A DNA stretch of 64,000 nucleotides from positions 1-64,000 of IMG/VR virus record IMGVR_UViG_3300021255_001602, one strand, 5' to 3'. This DNA comes from a virus (taxonomy: Duplodnaviria; Heunggongvirae; Uroviricota; Caudoviricetes). Position 1 is the stretch's first letter, and each line of letters starts with the position of its first letter. The notes under the pieces were generated by a model. The model made no database searches and was not told where the DNA came from. It was given only the letters and a program-made list of their open reading frames with translations. Shown one piece after another: positions 18,528 to 27,648 of the stretch. The position numbers and the translations under genes are program-made.

Positions 18528-19745
18528 ATGTCAGCGTCACTTTATTTTGATAATGCTGCTACTATGCAGCCTGATGAAAAAATGATACAGGAGTATGGCT
18601 CCTTGTGTAGGGAATATTGGTGGAACCCCTCTTCTATCTCTCAGGGATCGATGGAGACACGACAGGCTATTGAGGATGTACGACAGGATATTTTGAAGCG
18701 TATTAATGGTCAGGATGGTGATAAAATTATTTTCACATCTGGAGGTACAGAAGCCAATAATCTAGCGATTAAGGGGTGGTGTTGTGAGAAGTATCATCAT
18801 TGGAATGCTCCTCGTGGGTCTTCTAAGATGTTTGATTATTATCGTTTAACACCATCAATTTTTGTCTCAAGTCTTGAGCATCCTTCTGTTATTAATCCCG
18901 CTGTATGGCTTTATGAAATGGGGATTGCCAATAGTGTGAATATAGTGAAATGTCATGATAGCGGTATGGTTGATTTAGAATCATTAGAGGAGCGTATTCG
19001 TTATACACCAAATGTCAAACAATATCCAATTCTTGTGTCAATTATGATGGCAAATAATGAAATTGGGTCAATTAATGATATTAAGGCAATTAGTAAAATT
19101 GTACACAAGTATGATGGAGTGTTGCATGTAGATGCAGTTCAGGCATTTACACATATGAAAATTGATGTACAAGATATGGGTATTGATATGATGTCGGTAT
19201 CTGGTCATAAATTTGGTGCGCCTCATGGGGTCGGCTTTTTGTATGTGCGAAATGGTATTGAAATTAATCCTCTTCTGCATGGTGGTGGTCAGGAAAAAGG
19301 AATGCGGTCAGGCACTGAAGATGCGCCCTCTATTATTATGATGGGTCGGGCTATGGATCAAGCATACGAAAATATGGATAAAGATAATAGGAATTTGAAA
19401 AGATGTAAAAGTCTTTTGTTGGATTTCCTAATGACAAGATATGACGTAAAGATTAATAGTCCTTATAACGGATTGGCGAATATTGTCAATGTTACTTTTA
19501 ATGGTATTGATAATGAACAGCTGATAACTAATCTAGATATTTTTGAAGGTTGCCAAGTGTCTGCTGGTAGTGCTTGTCATGCGGGGGTTAAAGAACCTAG
19601 TAAGGTATTGCAGGAAATTGGGTTAACAGAAAAAGAGATTAATAGCACTATTCGTATTAGTATGGATAGGGACGTGACTGAAAACGAACTTCAGTTGTTT
19701 GTGCTTGGTCTACAAACTCAAATTAATAAGCTTAAATTGCTATAA
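18528..19745 (+). CDS. cysteine desulfurase (class V aminotransferase, NifS/IscS-like)
   Basis: SGGTEANN, PLP-lysine SVSGHKFGAPHGVGFLY, catalytic Cys loop SAGSACHAG; 405 aa. Confidence 0.8.
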   Translation: MSASLYFDNAATMQPDEKMIQEYGSLCREYWWNPSSISQGSMETRQAIEDVRQDILKRINGQDGDKIIFTSGGTEANNLAIKGWCCEKYHHWNAPRGSSKMFDYYRLTPSIFVSSLEHPSVINPAVWLYEMGIANSVNIVKCHDSGMVDLESLEERIRYTPNVKQYPILVSIMMANNEIGSINDIKAISKIVHKYDGVLHVDAVQAFTHMKIDVQDMGIDMMSVSGHKFGAPHGVGFLYVRNGIEINPLLHGGGQEKGMRSGTEDAPSIIMMGRAMDQAYENMDKDNRNLKRCKSLLLDFLMTRYDVKINSPYNGLANIVNVTFNGIDNEQLITNLDIFEGCQVSAGSACHAGVKEPSKVLQEIGLTEKEINSTIRISMDRDVTENELQLFVLGLQTQINKLKLL

Positions 19746-19765
19746 ACAAAGGAGGCCAAAGATGC

Positions 19766-22408
19766 ATGGGTGAATACGGAATAAAAATTAAAAACATCGT
19801 TGTCGGAAGCCTTTTAGAGAAAAATGCTGGTGTCCGTGATCATATTGATATGACGGACGCCATGTTGTGTAATAGTCTTTTTCTTGATTACATGAAGAAA
19901 CATGGGCTTGATATATATAAAGATACATCAACCAGAGACGTAATTGTTCTTGATTTTAAATATGGCACACGTAGCTATGAACAAGAAAAGGCGCATTTAA
20001 AGAAATGCATTAAAGATACAGAGAAGAATGATAAGTTAACTGAAGAAGAAAAAACACAAAAGATACAATATTTTAATGAGTTATTAGTGAGAGCTGAAGA
20101 AAATCAGGACAAGTATGTTAGATATAATCGGGCTGAAGCAAGGGATAAGGTTTATACCGAGGGTGTTGATGTGACTTATCCTGCCGCTCGTAAAAATCAG
20201 GAACCACAGACAATACATTATAAGAGGTTGTTCAGGACACCGGGCAAGGCTAAAAAGGGAACTGTTGATTTTATTAGAGAAGAATTGTATGACATAGCTA
20301 AAGAATATTTATATATGGGGATTGATTTAGATGAATATGAAAATCCTCTTCTGGTTGAAGCTGAAGCATATTCTTCTTTGGCAACTAGTACTATTATTGG
20401 GAAGATTAAGGTTAATCCCTATGATATATTAGTACTTGATGATTATGATTCTTTTTGTTTTAAAGATATTATAAGCATTGAAAAGGGTGATGATGGACAT
20501 GTTCATGCAGTAAAACGTGAAAATGCTAAAATTGGTAATTCAATGTTTGACGGGCAAGGTTTAATTGATCATAACTTTGTTCATGCGCAGTTTCCTAAAA
20601 CGAATGGATTTGTTCTTTTAAGAAATCACTTTTGTAAAATGGCGTGTTTTGACACAGATATTCAGGGTTTTTTTAGAGATTATGCTGCTGATCATGATAT
20701 TGATTATGAGACATGGAAGCTGACAGATATATTTGGTCATGAGCATTTGGTTAAAGACGTAAAAATTATTTGCCATGAATCTGCAATGAAATGGTGCAAA
20801 TTTATAAATGATAGAATTAATTATGATTATTGGTGTCAACGAGTTATTGAAGATAATGATAGTTATTTTGGAATTGTTAAGACGGCGAAAAAATCTAAGT
20901 TGGGTGATGTTCAGAAAATGAGTTATCAGCATGTAAACTGCATGTCTGAGAATATTATGGAAGATGTAATTCAATGTACAAAAGAATATATTAAGGAATT
21001 AAAAACAAATAACGAAGCGTTTCTTGACTATCTAAAAAAGGGACAAAATTTTTCCAATGATTATGAAGTATTAATTGCTTTGGTTAAACACAATCCAGAT
21101 TTTATTAATTCTAGTTATTTCCGAGATCGTAGGAAATTAATTATTAATACATATGCTAAAATGGCGAAAACAGGGCGAATTATTAATGAGGGAGATAATA
21201 TGGTTATTGTTGGGTCTCCTTATGCCGAGTTGTTGTTTGCTGTTGGAGAAGACCCAGAAAGTGACCCAACCTTTGAACAAGAAGAATTGGCTATCCAGTG
21301 TTATAGTGAAAGATTTAAAGATGGAGAATACTTAGCAGAATTTCGTAGCCCATTTAATTCGCAAAATTCATTGGGGTATTTACACAATCATTTAGATTGG
21401 AGGATGAAAAAGTATTTTTATTTGGGTGAGAATTGTATTGCTATTAATATGAGACAAAATGATTTTCAAGACGCTAATAATGGCAGCGATCAGGATTCTG
21501 ACACAATTTTAACGTTAAACCATTTATCGATTGTAGGCCATGCTAAATATTGTCAAACGGCTTTTCCAACTGTGAAGAATAATATTCCAAAAGATACTAC
21601 CCGCTACAAAAATACAGCATTAGATTTATCATATATAGATAATAAATTAATGTCAAGTCAGATGGGTATTGGATTGTCTAGTAACTTGGCACAAATAGCC
21701 CTCTCCTATTCTTATTCATTTCCAGATCAAAAATATAAAGATTATGTTTGTATTCTGGCTGTACTTGCTCAGATATACATAGATTCTAGCAAACGTGCTT
21801 ATGATATTGATTTAAATGAGGAAACGGACAGGATACGCAGAGATTTGAATATTAAACAAAATGGATATCCCATGTTTCTTAAACCTATTCAAAAATATAA
21901 TAATAAACGTCTTGGAATGAGTACGGCTAAAATTAAAGAAGGACGTTATAATCCATCGTTGAATTGTCCTATGAATTATTTGTATAACGCTGATATTAAT
22001 CCCGCTATGACATATGAAAGAGAGATTCCTATGGATTATTTTTTTATTAGGCATGATAGGGACTTACCAGTGAGGCGCAGTAAGAAAATAGAAAAGCTGA
22101 TAGAAAAGTATAGTTTTAAATTGGGACAATATCAACAAAATATAGTAGATGATTCTGATGAAGATATTTTATTATTAAGAAATGATTTTGATGAATTAAT
22201 TAATGACATTAAAGAAATTAGTTTAACAAAGAAATATCAAGGATTAATGTCTTTTTTAATTGATCGTGCTTTTTGTATCACACCTTATTTAAAAAGGAAC
22301 AGAGCATTGGTTGCAAGTAAGATGAATAATAATCGTGCATTATTGCTTAAAGTATTATACACAATATCTCCAGAACAATTTTTAGAATGTTTTAAAGGCT
22401 GTAATTAA
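19766..22408 (+). CDS. large hypothetical protein (880 aa), no recognisable motif
   Basis: uninterrupted ORF with strong RBS AAGGAGG; His/Cys-containing blocks (DGHVHAV, HESAMKWC) but no motif I can assign. Confidence 0.6.
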   Translation: MGEYGIKIKNIVVGSLLEKNAGVRDHIDMTDAMLCNSLFLDYMKKHGLDIYKDTSTRDVIVLDFKYGTRSYEQEKAHLKKCIKDTEKNDKLTEEEKTQKIQYFNELLVRAEENQDKYVRYNRAEARDKVYTEGVDVTYPAARKNQEPQTIHYKRLFRTPGKAKKGTVDFIREELYDIAKEYLYMGIDLDEYENPLLVEAEAYSSLATSTIIGKIKVNPYDILVLDDYDSFCFKDIISIEKGDDGHVHAVKRENAKIGNSMFDGQGLIDHNFVHAQFPKTNGFVLLRNHFCKMACFDTDIQGFFRDYAADHDIDYETWKLTDIFGHEHLVKDVKIICHESAMKWCKFINDRINYDYWCQRVIEDNDSYFGIVKTAKKSKLGDVQKMSYQHVNCMSENIMEDVIQCTKEYIKELKTNNEAFLDYLKKGQNFSNDYEVLIALVKHNPDFINSSYFRDRRKLIINTYAKMAKTGRIINEGDNMVIVGSPYAELLFAVGEDPESDPTFEQEELAIQCYSERFKDGEYLAEFRSPFNSQNSLGYLHNHLDWRMKKYFYLGENCIAINMRQNDFQDANNGSDQDSDTILTLNHLSIVGHAKYCQTAFPTVKNNIPKDTTRYKNTALDLSYIDNKLMSSQMGIGLSSNLAQIALSYSYSFPDQKYKDYVCILAVLAQIYIDSSKRAYDIDLNEETDRIRRDLNIKQNGYPMFLKPIQKYNNKRLGMSTAKIKEGRYNPSLNCPMNYLYNADINPAMTYEREIPMDYFFIRHDRDLPVRRSKKIEKLIEKYSFKLGQYQQNIVDDSDEDILLLRNDFDELINDIKEISLTKKYQGLMSFLIDRAFCITPYLKRNRALVASKMNNNRALLLKVLYTISPEQFLECFKGCN

Positions 22409-22574
22409 ATATATATTGAGCGACTTAATTTTTTTAACATTCAAAAAACCCTTATATTATAAGCACTTTTTAAATATGCTAAAATAAATATATATGAAAG
22501 AAGACTTATATGATATCATATACGTTTTCAGATATAGAAACAAATAGATTACATTGAGTAAAGGAGAAAAAATT

Positions 22575-22850
22575 ATGGTAAATAAGCAGGATTTTATTTC
22601 TAAGATTGCAGAGAAGACTGGCTTCACAAAGGTTGACACTAAGGCATTCCTTCAGGGTATGGAGGATGTTATCTTTGATGTCATGGGTGAGCATGAGGAT
22701 ATTCGTCTGATGAATGGTCTTACTCTGTCTGTTAAGGATGTTGCTGCAAGAGTCGGTCGCAATCCTATGACTGGTGAGACGATTCAGATTCCCGCACGTA
22801 AGAAGGTCTCTGCCAAGATTGGCAAGGCGCTCAAGGATGCGGCGAACTGA
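22575..22850 (+). CDS. hup: HU-family DNA-binding protein
   Basis: MVNKQDFISKIAEKTGFTK...GRNPMTGETIQIPARKKVSAKIGKALKDA: classical HU/IHF fold sequence including the R-N-P-x-T-G arm. Confidence 0.8.
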   Translation: MVNKQDFISKIAEKTGFTKVDTKAFLQGMEDVIFDVMGEHEDIRLMNGLTLSVKDVAARVGRNPMTGETIQIPARKKVSAKIGKALKDAAN

Positions 22851-22931
22851 ATAACGGAACCTATCACGCCTCTGTAAAAACAAGCGTACCACGATAGGTA
22901 TATAGATACAATTGAATATCGAATAAATAGA

Positions 22932-22970
22932 GCCTATCAAGATGTCAAAGTCTTGGTAGGCATTTTTTGT
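22932..22970 (+). terminator. rho-independent terminator (11-bp stem GCCTATCAAGA/TCTTGGTAGGC, loop TGTCAAAG, ATTTTTTGT)
   Basis: near-perfect hairpin followed by T-run directly downstream of HU gene. Confidence 0.7.
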
Positions 22971-22987
22971 ATAGAAAGGGGATGCTT

Positions 22988-24544
22988 ATGAGCGAAAGAA
23001 TTATTGATGTATCTGAGCATCAAGGTAAGATCGATTGGAAGCGTGCTAAAGATTATATTGACGGCGCTATTCTTCGTACTGGATATGGAGATGATATTAA
23101 GTCTCAGGATGATAAATATTATAAATATAATGTAGAACAATGTGAAAAATACGGCATTCCCTATGGTACATATCTTTATAGTTATGCTGGTAATGAGAAT
23201 CAAATCAAGAGTGAAATTGCTCACGAAAAACGATTGACAGAGGGAAAGAATGTTGTATCGCATTGGCTCGATTTGGAAGAATGGAATTTAAGGCATTTAA
23301 ATAAAAAAGCAGCTACTGCATGGCTTAAAGAATTTGGTAATGATTCTGGAGTTTATGCAGGACAGGCTTTTTGGCGTGACCCGTTAAAAGGATTTGAATG
23401 TCGTAGATGGATTCCTGCTTATGGCACAAATTCTGGCAAGCAAGAAGCTAAGTATAAACCATCATTTTCTATGGATGGTTGGCAGTTTACTTCAAGAGCA
23501 CATATTCCCGGCATTTCTGGAAATGTAGATGAATCTATATGGTATGTCCCGTTTAATAATAGGAAGAAAGACACATCAAATACTCAGCCTGTTAAGGAAA
23601 AGAAAATTTATCGTGTGTATAAGAAAGAAGTGGCTGCTTTAATTATGAGACATTTGTGTACTCATAAAGATCACGGTTATACACAGGATATGGATAAAAG
23701 ATTTGGCACAGGTACTGAGACTATAGATATCTATGGTCATAAATATACTATCAAATCTGGAGATAGAGATTGCTCTTCTGCTGTTATATCTGCATTTGAA
23801 GCCGCTGGCATTAGTTGCGGTGGTGCTACTTATACTGGCAATATGCGTCAGTGTATGACAGGTACTGGAAATTTTAAATGGCGTCCTATGTCCTTTATTG
23901 CTCAAATGGGTGATGTTTATCTTAATGAGAAATGTCATACAGCTATGTGTTTGTCGGCTGAGCCCGATGTGTTAATGGAATTCAGCATTAATGAGAAGGG
24001 TACAGCAAATGGTGGCAAAGTCGGTGATCAGAAACAGGTAGGTAATTATGATGAGCAATACGGACGTGGCGAAAGTCATTTGAAGATGTATTACTCTTAT
24101 CCTTGGAACGGTATTCTTGAATGTGTGAATGATGAAGTGGCTTTTGAGATTGAATATGAGGTTGAAAAGACTGGTTCTAAATCTCAGGTTGTTTCTGAAA
24201 AAATCGTAGAAAAGAATATTAAACCTGTAGTTAATAAGGCTATTGTAAAGAATACGAAAGAAGTAACGCCTGAAATCATTGCAGACGTATATCGTGGTAA
24301 ATATGGTAATGGTGCTGTTGATGGGTCGGAGCGTTTTACTAAATTAACTAAAGCAGGATATGACGCAGTTGCAGTACAGAATAAAGTCAATTGGGTATAT
24401 AAGGTTGCTAAGGGTTTATATACTGGTGATAAAGCCATTGATCATAAGTACGGTTCTGGCGAACAAAGACGTAAAACTCTTGGAACTTGGTATGATGTAG
24501 TGCAAAAAGAAATCAATGTCCTTGCTGGAATTGATAAATGGTAA
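22988..24544 (+). CDS. endolysin: N-terminal GH25 muramidase plus Cys/His peptidase-like module plus C-terminal binding region
   Basis: IIDVSEHQGKIDWKRAKDYIDGAILRTGYG matches GH25 (lysozyme) N-terminus; downstream GDRDCSSAV...KCHTAMC Cys...His module. Confidence 0.75.
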   Translation: MSERIIDVSEHQGKIDWKRAKDYIDGAILRTGYGDDIKSQDDKYYKYNVEQCEKYGIPYGTYLYSYAGNENQIKSEIAHEKRLTEGKNVVSHWLDLEEWNLRHLNKKAATAWLKEFGNDSGVYAGQAFWRDPLKGFECRRWIPAYGTNSGKQEAKYKPSFSMDGWQFTSRAHIPGISGNVDESIWYVPFNNRKKDTSNTQPVKEKKIYRVYKKEVAALIMRHLCTHKDHGYTQDMDKRFGTGTETIDIYGHKYTIKSGDRDCSSAVISAFEAAGISCGGATYTGNMRQCMTGTGNFKWRPMSFIAQMGDVYLNEKCHTAMCLSAEPDVLMEFSINEKGTANGGKVGDQKQVGNYDEQYGRGESHLKMYYSYPWNGILECVNDEVAFEIEYEVEKTGSKSQVVSEKIVEKNIKPVVNKAIVKNTKEVTPEIIADVYRGKYGNGAVDGSERFTKLTKAGYDAVAVQNKVNWVYKVAKGLYTGDKAIDHKYGSGEQRRKTLGTWYDVVQKEINVLAGIDKW

Positions 24545-24562
24545 TGATATGGGGGTATAGAT

Positions 24563-24946
24563 ATGGGCTATATAAATTATAATCCGAATCCCGCTCGTAA
24601 GTTAGTTGGTGATTGTGTTATACGAGCCATATCAAAAGTGACTGAACAATCTTGGGAAGATACTTATTTAGGTTTAATGTTACAAGGTTTTGCTATGAAT
24701 GACATGCCGTCCTCAAACGATGTTTGGGGGCGGTATTTATTTGAGCATGGATTCAGGAGATATATTATTCCTGACACATGCCCAGATTGTTATACGGTTA
24801 GGCAATTTTGTGCAGACAATCCTCAATTAACAGGTATTTTAGCCACTGGAACGCATGTTATCGCAGTAGGTGAAGGTGGAAATTATTTTGATACTTGGGA
24901 TTCGGGAGATGAAGTTCCAATTTATTATTGGAGAAGGGAAGATTAA
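24563..24946 (+). CDS. hypothetical protein with Cys...His arrangement (possible papain-like peptidase)
   Basis: GDCVIRAIS ... GTHVIAVGEGGNYFDTWD; speculative. Confidence 0.4.
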   Translation: MGYINYNPNPARKLVGDCVIRAISKVTEQSWEDTYLGLMLQGFAMNDMPSSNDVWGRYLFEHGFRRYIIPDTCPDCYTVRQFCADNPQLTGILATGTHVIAVGEGGNYFDTWDSGDEVPIYYWRRED

Positions 24947-25342
24947 ATGGCTTATAACAACAATGGATTTCCAATGAATTATCAGCAATATTATCCTTAT
25001 AGTTATACACAGGTGCAACCACAGATAAGTCAACCTGTACAACCAGCACAGAATGAAAGTGGTATTCTGTGGGTTCAGGGTGAAGCAGGTGCAAAATCTT
25101 GGGCTGTAGCACCGGGCAAGAGTGTAATGCTTATGGATAGTGAATCAAATACTTTTTATATTAAATCATCAGATAATAGTGGTATGCCAATGCCGCTTAG
25201 AATTTTTGACTATACAGAACGGACTCAACAGAATGGAGCGCCCACCGAAATTGCTCAGGCAGCTACGTCTCCTCAATATGTAACGAAAGAAGAACTTACT
25301 GAGATTCTTAGTGGCTTTGTTACAAGGAAGGAGATTGAGTGA
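24947..25342 (+). CDS. hypothetical Gln/Tyr/Pro-rich N-terminus protein
   Basis: MAYNNNGFPMNYQQYYPYSYTQVQPQISQPVQPAQ low-complexity N-term. Confidence 0.4.
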   Translation: MAYNNNGFPMNYQQYYPYSYTQVQPQISQPVQPAQNESGILWVQGEAGAKSWAVAPGKSVMLMDSESNTFYIKSSDNSGMPMPLRIFDYTERTQQNGAPTEIAQAATSPQYVTKEELTEILSGFVTRKEIE

Positions 25343-25343
25343 T

Positions 25344-25562
25344 ATGAACCCTTTGTTTAATTTACTAGGTGGACAGCAACAGATGCAGAATCCGATGACA
25401 AATATGTTTTCACAATTAAATCAGTTTAGGCAAACTTTTCATGGTGATCCTAAACAACAAGTTCAACAATTATTAAATAGTGGTAGGATGTCGCAAGCAC
25501 AGTACAATCAATTGTCACAGATGGCTACGCAAATTCAGAATATGTTGATTAACAGGAGATAA
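25344..25562 (+). CDS. hypothetical Gln/Asn-rich small protein
   Basis: MNPLFNLLGGQQQMQNPMTNMFSQLNQF...; ATG 25344. Confidence 0.35.
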   Translation: MNPLFNLLGGQQQMQNPMTNMFSQLNQFRQTFHGDPKQQVQQLLNSGRMSQAQYNQLSQMATQIQNMLINRR

Positions 25563-25644
25563 TTATATTTCGTTAAAAAACCATTGCGCAAGGTTTTCAA
25601 ATATTACAAACAGTCATAAATTAAATGTCAGGAGGAAATGTAAT

Positions 25645-25747
25645 ATGAGTTTAACAGATGGAAATGGTAACGATATGGTTATGCCTGTAACCCCAATGAA
25701 CGGGAATGGCGGCTCTGGCATGGGCTGGGGTGGTTCTGATGGATGGT
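25645..25747 (+). CDS. exon 1 of split Gly-rich/Cys-rich protein gene (MSLTDGNGNDMVMPVTPMNGNGGSGMGWGGSDGW)
   Basis: strong RBS CAGGAGGAAATG; Gly-rich reading frame continues thematically (GNGGWGGYGNGGG) ~735 nt downstream in another frame after an intron-like gap. Confidence 0.45.
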
Positions 25748-26480
25748 AAGGTAATTTGCCATCGTTAAATCGCGGGATTAAGCGGGAAGGCTGAAATGCT
25801 AATCCGAACCGAAGGCTACACTAAGTGTAGTCAGGGGCAACGCATAGAGAGTGAAAAGATATAATCTCTCCACGAGACCGCGACATTGTTTATATTAAAG
25901 GAGAATTAGTTATGGGATTTCCAACATTCACAATAGATGATTATGAAATTACTCGTAATGGAGATATTTTTAATAAAAGGAATGGGCATCAAGTTAAACC
26001 TCAACCAAACGGGAAGGGATATTTACGTGTATCAATTGGAGGTAAATTACGTTTTGTTCATCGATTGGTTGCTGAAAAATATATTCCTAATCCAGATAAT
26101 TTACCACAAGTGAATCATAAAGATGGCAATAAATTAAATAATTCAGTTGATAATTTGGAATGGGTCTCTAATCAACAAAATCGTGATCACGCAATAAAAA
26201 ATGGGTTGCATCTTTGTGGAGAAAAATGCTCTTGGGCAAAATTAACATGGGATGATGTTAATTATATTAGAGAGCACGCAGAATTGTCTAATGCCGAATT
26301 ATCCAAAAAATATCATGTTGCTGTTACAACTATTAGGGGTATAAGAAATTATAGGTCTTGGAAATATAAACAATGAAAAGATATGCTGAACTTATACGAA
26401 TGAAAAAGTATAAGAAGTAAAAGATAAAAAGCTTTTACGATAACAAAATGGGATTATCCTTCTCTTCCTGTTTGCATTTG
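25748..26480 (+). mobile_element. candidate group I intron carrying an HNH homing endonuclease ORF
   Basis: P-like GCGGGAAGGCTG and Q-like AATCCGAACC at ~25783-25809, S-like AAGATATAATCTC ~25856; HEG ORF in peripheral loop; proposed 5' exon ends in U (25747) and omega G at 26480 gives in-frame joining. Confidence 0.55.
25912..26376 (+). CDS. HNH homing endonuclease (HNH_3 type) with C-terminal HTH
   Basis: FVHRLVAEKYIPNPDNLPQVNHKDGNKLNNSVDNLEWVSNQQN is the canonical phage HNH_3 motif; intron-embedded. Confidence 0.85.
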   Translation: MGFPTFTIDDYEITRNGDIFNKRNGHQVKPQPNGKGYLRVSIGGKLRFVHRLVAEKYIPNPDNLPQVNHKDGNKLNNSVDNLEWVSNQQNRDHAIKNGLHLCGEKCSWAKLTWDDVNYIREHAELSNAELSKKYHVAVTTIRGIRNYRSWKYKQ

Positions 26481-27154
26481 GCAACGGTGGCTGGGGAGGC
26501 TACGGAAATGGTGGCGGTTCCATGGGCGCAGAGGTACAGCGTGGTTTTGATCAGTCTGCTGTAATGTCTGGTGTTTCTGGAATTCAGTCTGGTATTTCTG
26601 GTCTTTCTACTCAACTTTGTAATGGATTTGCTGGCGTTAGTGCTGGTTTTGCTAATGCTGAAACTGCGGCAACCGCTCGTCAGATGGCTAATATGAACCA
26701 AGCTTTTGCAGCTCAGACGGCTGTAACTCAGGGCATTAATCAGCTTGCGTCTCAATTTGCAGATTGCTGCTGTGAGAATAGATTAGCTTCTGCTAACCTT
26801 CAGAATGTTATTCAGTCTGAAAACTGTGCAGATAGAACAGCGCTGAATGATGGAATTCGTGATATTCTTCAGAATCAGAATGCTGGTATTCAGCGTATTC
26901 TTGATACTATGTGTCAGGATAAGATTGATGCTAAGAATGAGAGAATCGCAGACCTTGAAAGGCAACTTACAATGGCTAATCTGGCTGCGTCTCAGGGTGC
27001 TCAAACGGCTGCTATTCTGGCTAATAATGAAGCACAGACCGCAGCTCTTGAGAGATACCTCGCTCCTACTCCAGTTCCTGCATATACAGTTCCTAACCCG
27101 AATTGTTGCGGACAAAACTTTGGCACATGTGGATGTGGTTGTGGCGTAGCTTGA
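26481..27154 (+). CDS. exon 2 of split Gly-rich protein; C-terminus Cys-rich (NCCGQNFGTCGCGCGVA)
   Basis: ORF-track 26522..27154 extends in frame upstream to 26444; GNGGWGGYGNGGG continues exon-1 theme; exact 3' splice site inferred. Confidence 0.5.
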
Positions 27155-27167
27155 TGGAGGTGTAATT

Positions 27168-27632
27168 ATGGCAGAATATTTAACCAGAGATGCAGTTGAA
27201 AGCGTAGCGCTTAATGCTGCAATTCCTTTTGTGGATTCTATCCCCTGTAATCGTGGTTACATTTTTCACCAAAGTGGAACGGGGATTTTTGTTCTGCGTG
27301 GTATCGTTAATAATCCTACCGCATGTTTTGCACGCTATAATGTTGAATTTACAGGTAATATAGCAATTCCTGAAGGTGGAGCAATTACTCCTATAGCGAC
27401 CGCTATCGTGGTCTCAGGGGAAAGTCGTGATGGCAGTAGAAGTATTTTTACCCCTTCTGCCGTTGATGAATATGGGAATGTAACTTCAAGGGCTACTGTA
27501 GATGTTCCTCGTGGATGTTGTTTTACGGTTTCAGTAGAATATGTAAATGGCACTGTTAATGATTCGGCAACAACTCCTACTCCATTAATTAATGTGGTTG
27601 ATGGTAGTTTGAGTATTAGCAGAACGGCTTGA
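27168..27632 (+). CDS. hypothetical beta-rich protein (T/S/V/G-rich, CC pair)
   Basis: 154 aa; RBS GGAGGTG. Confidence 0.45.
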   Translation: MAEYLTRDAVESVALNAAIPFVDSIPCNRGYIFHQSGTGIFVLRGIVNNPTACFARYNVEFTGNIAIPEGGAITPIATAIVVSGESRDGSRSIFTPSAVDEYGNVTSRATVDVPRGCCFTVSVEYVNGTVNDSATTPTPLINVVDGSLSISRTA

Positions 27633-27648
27633 AAGGAGGGACAAGAGT

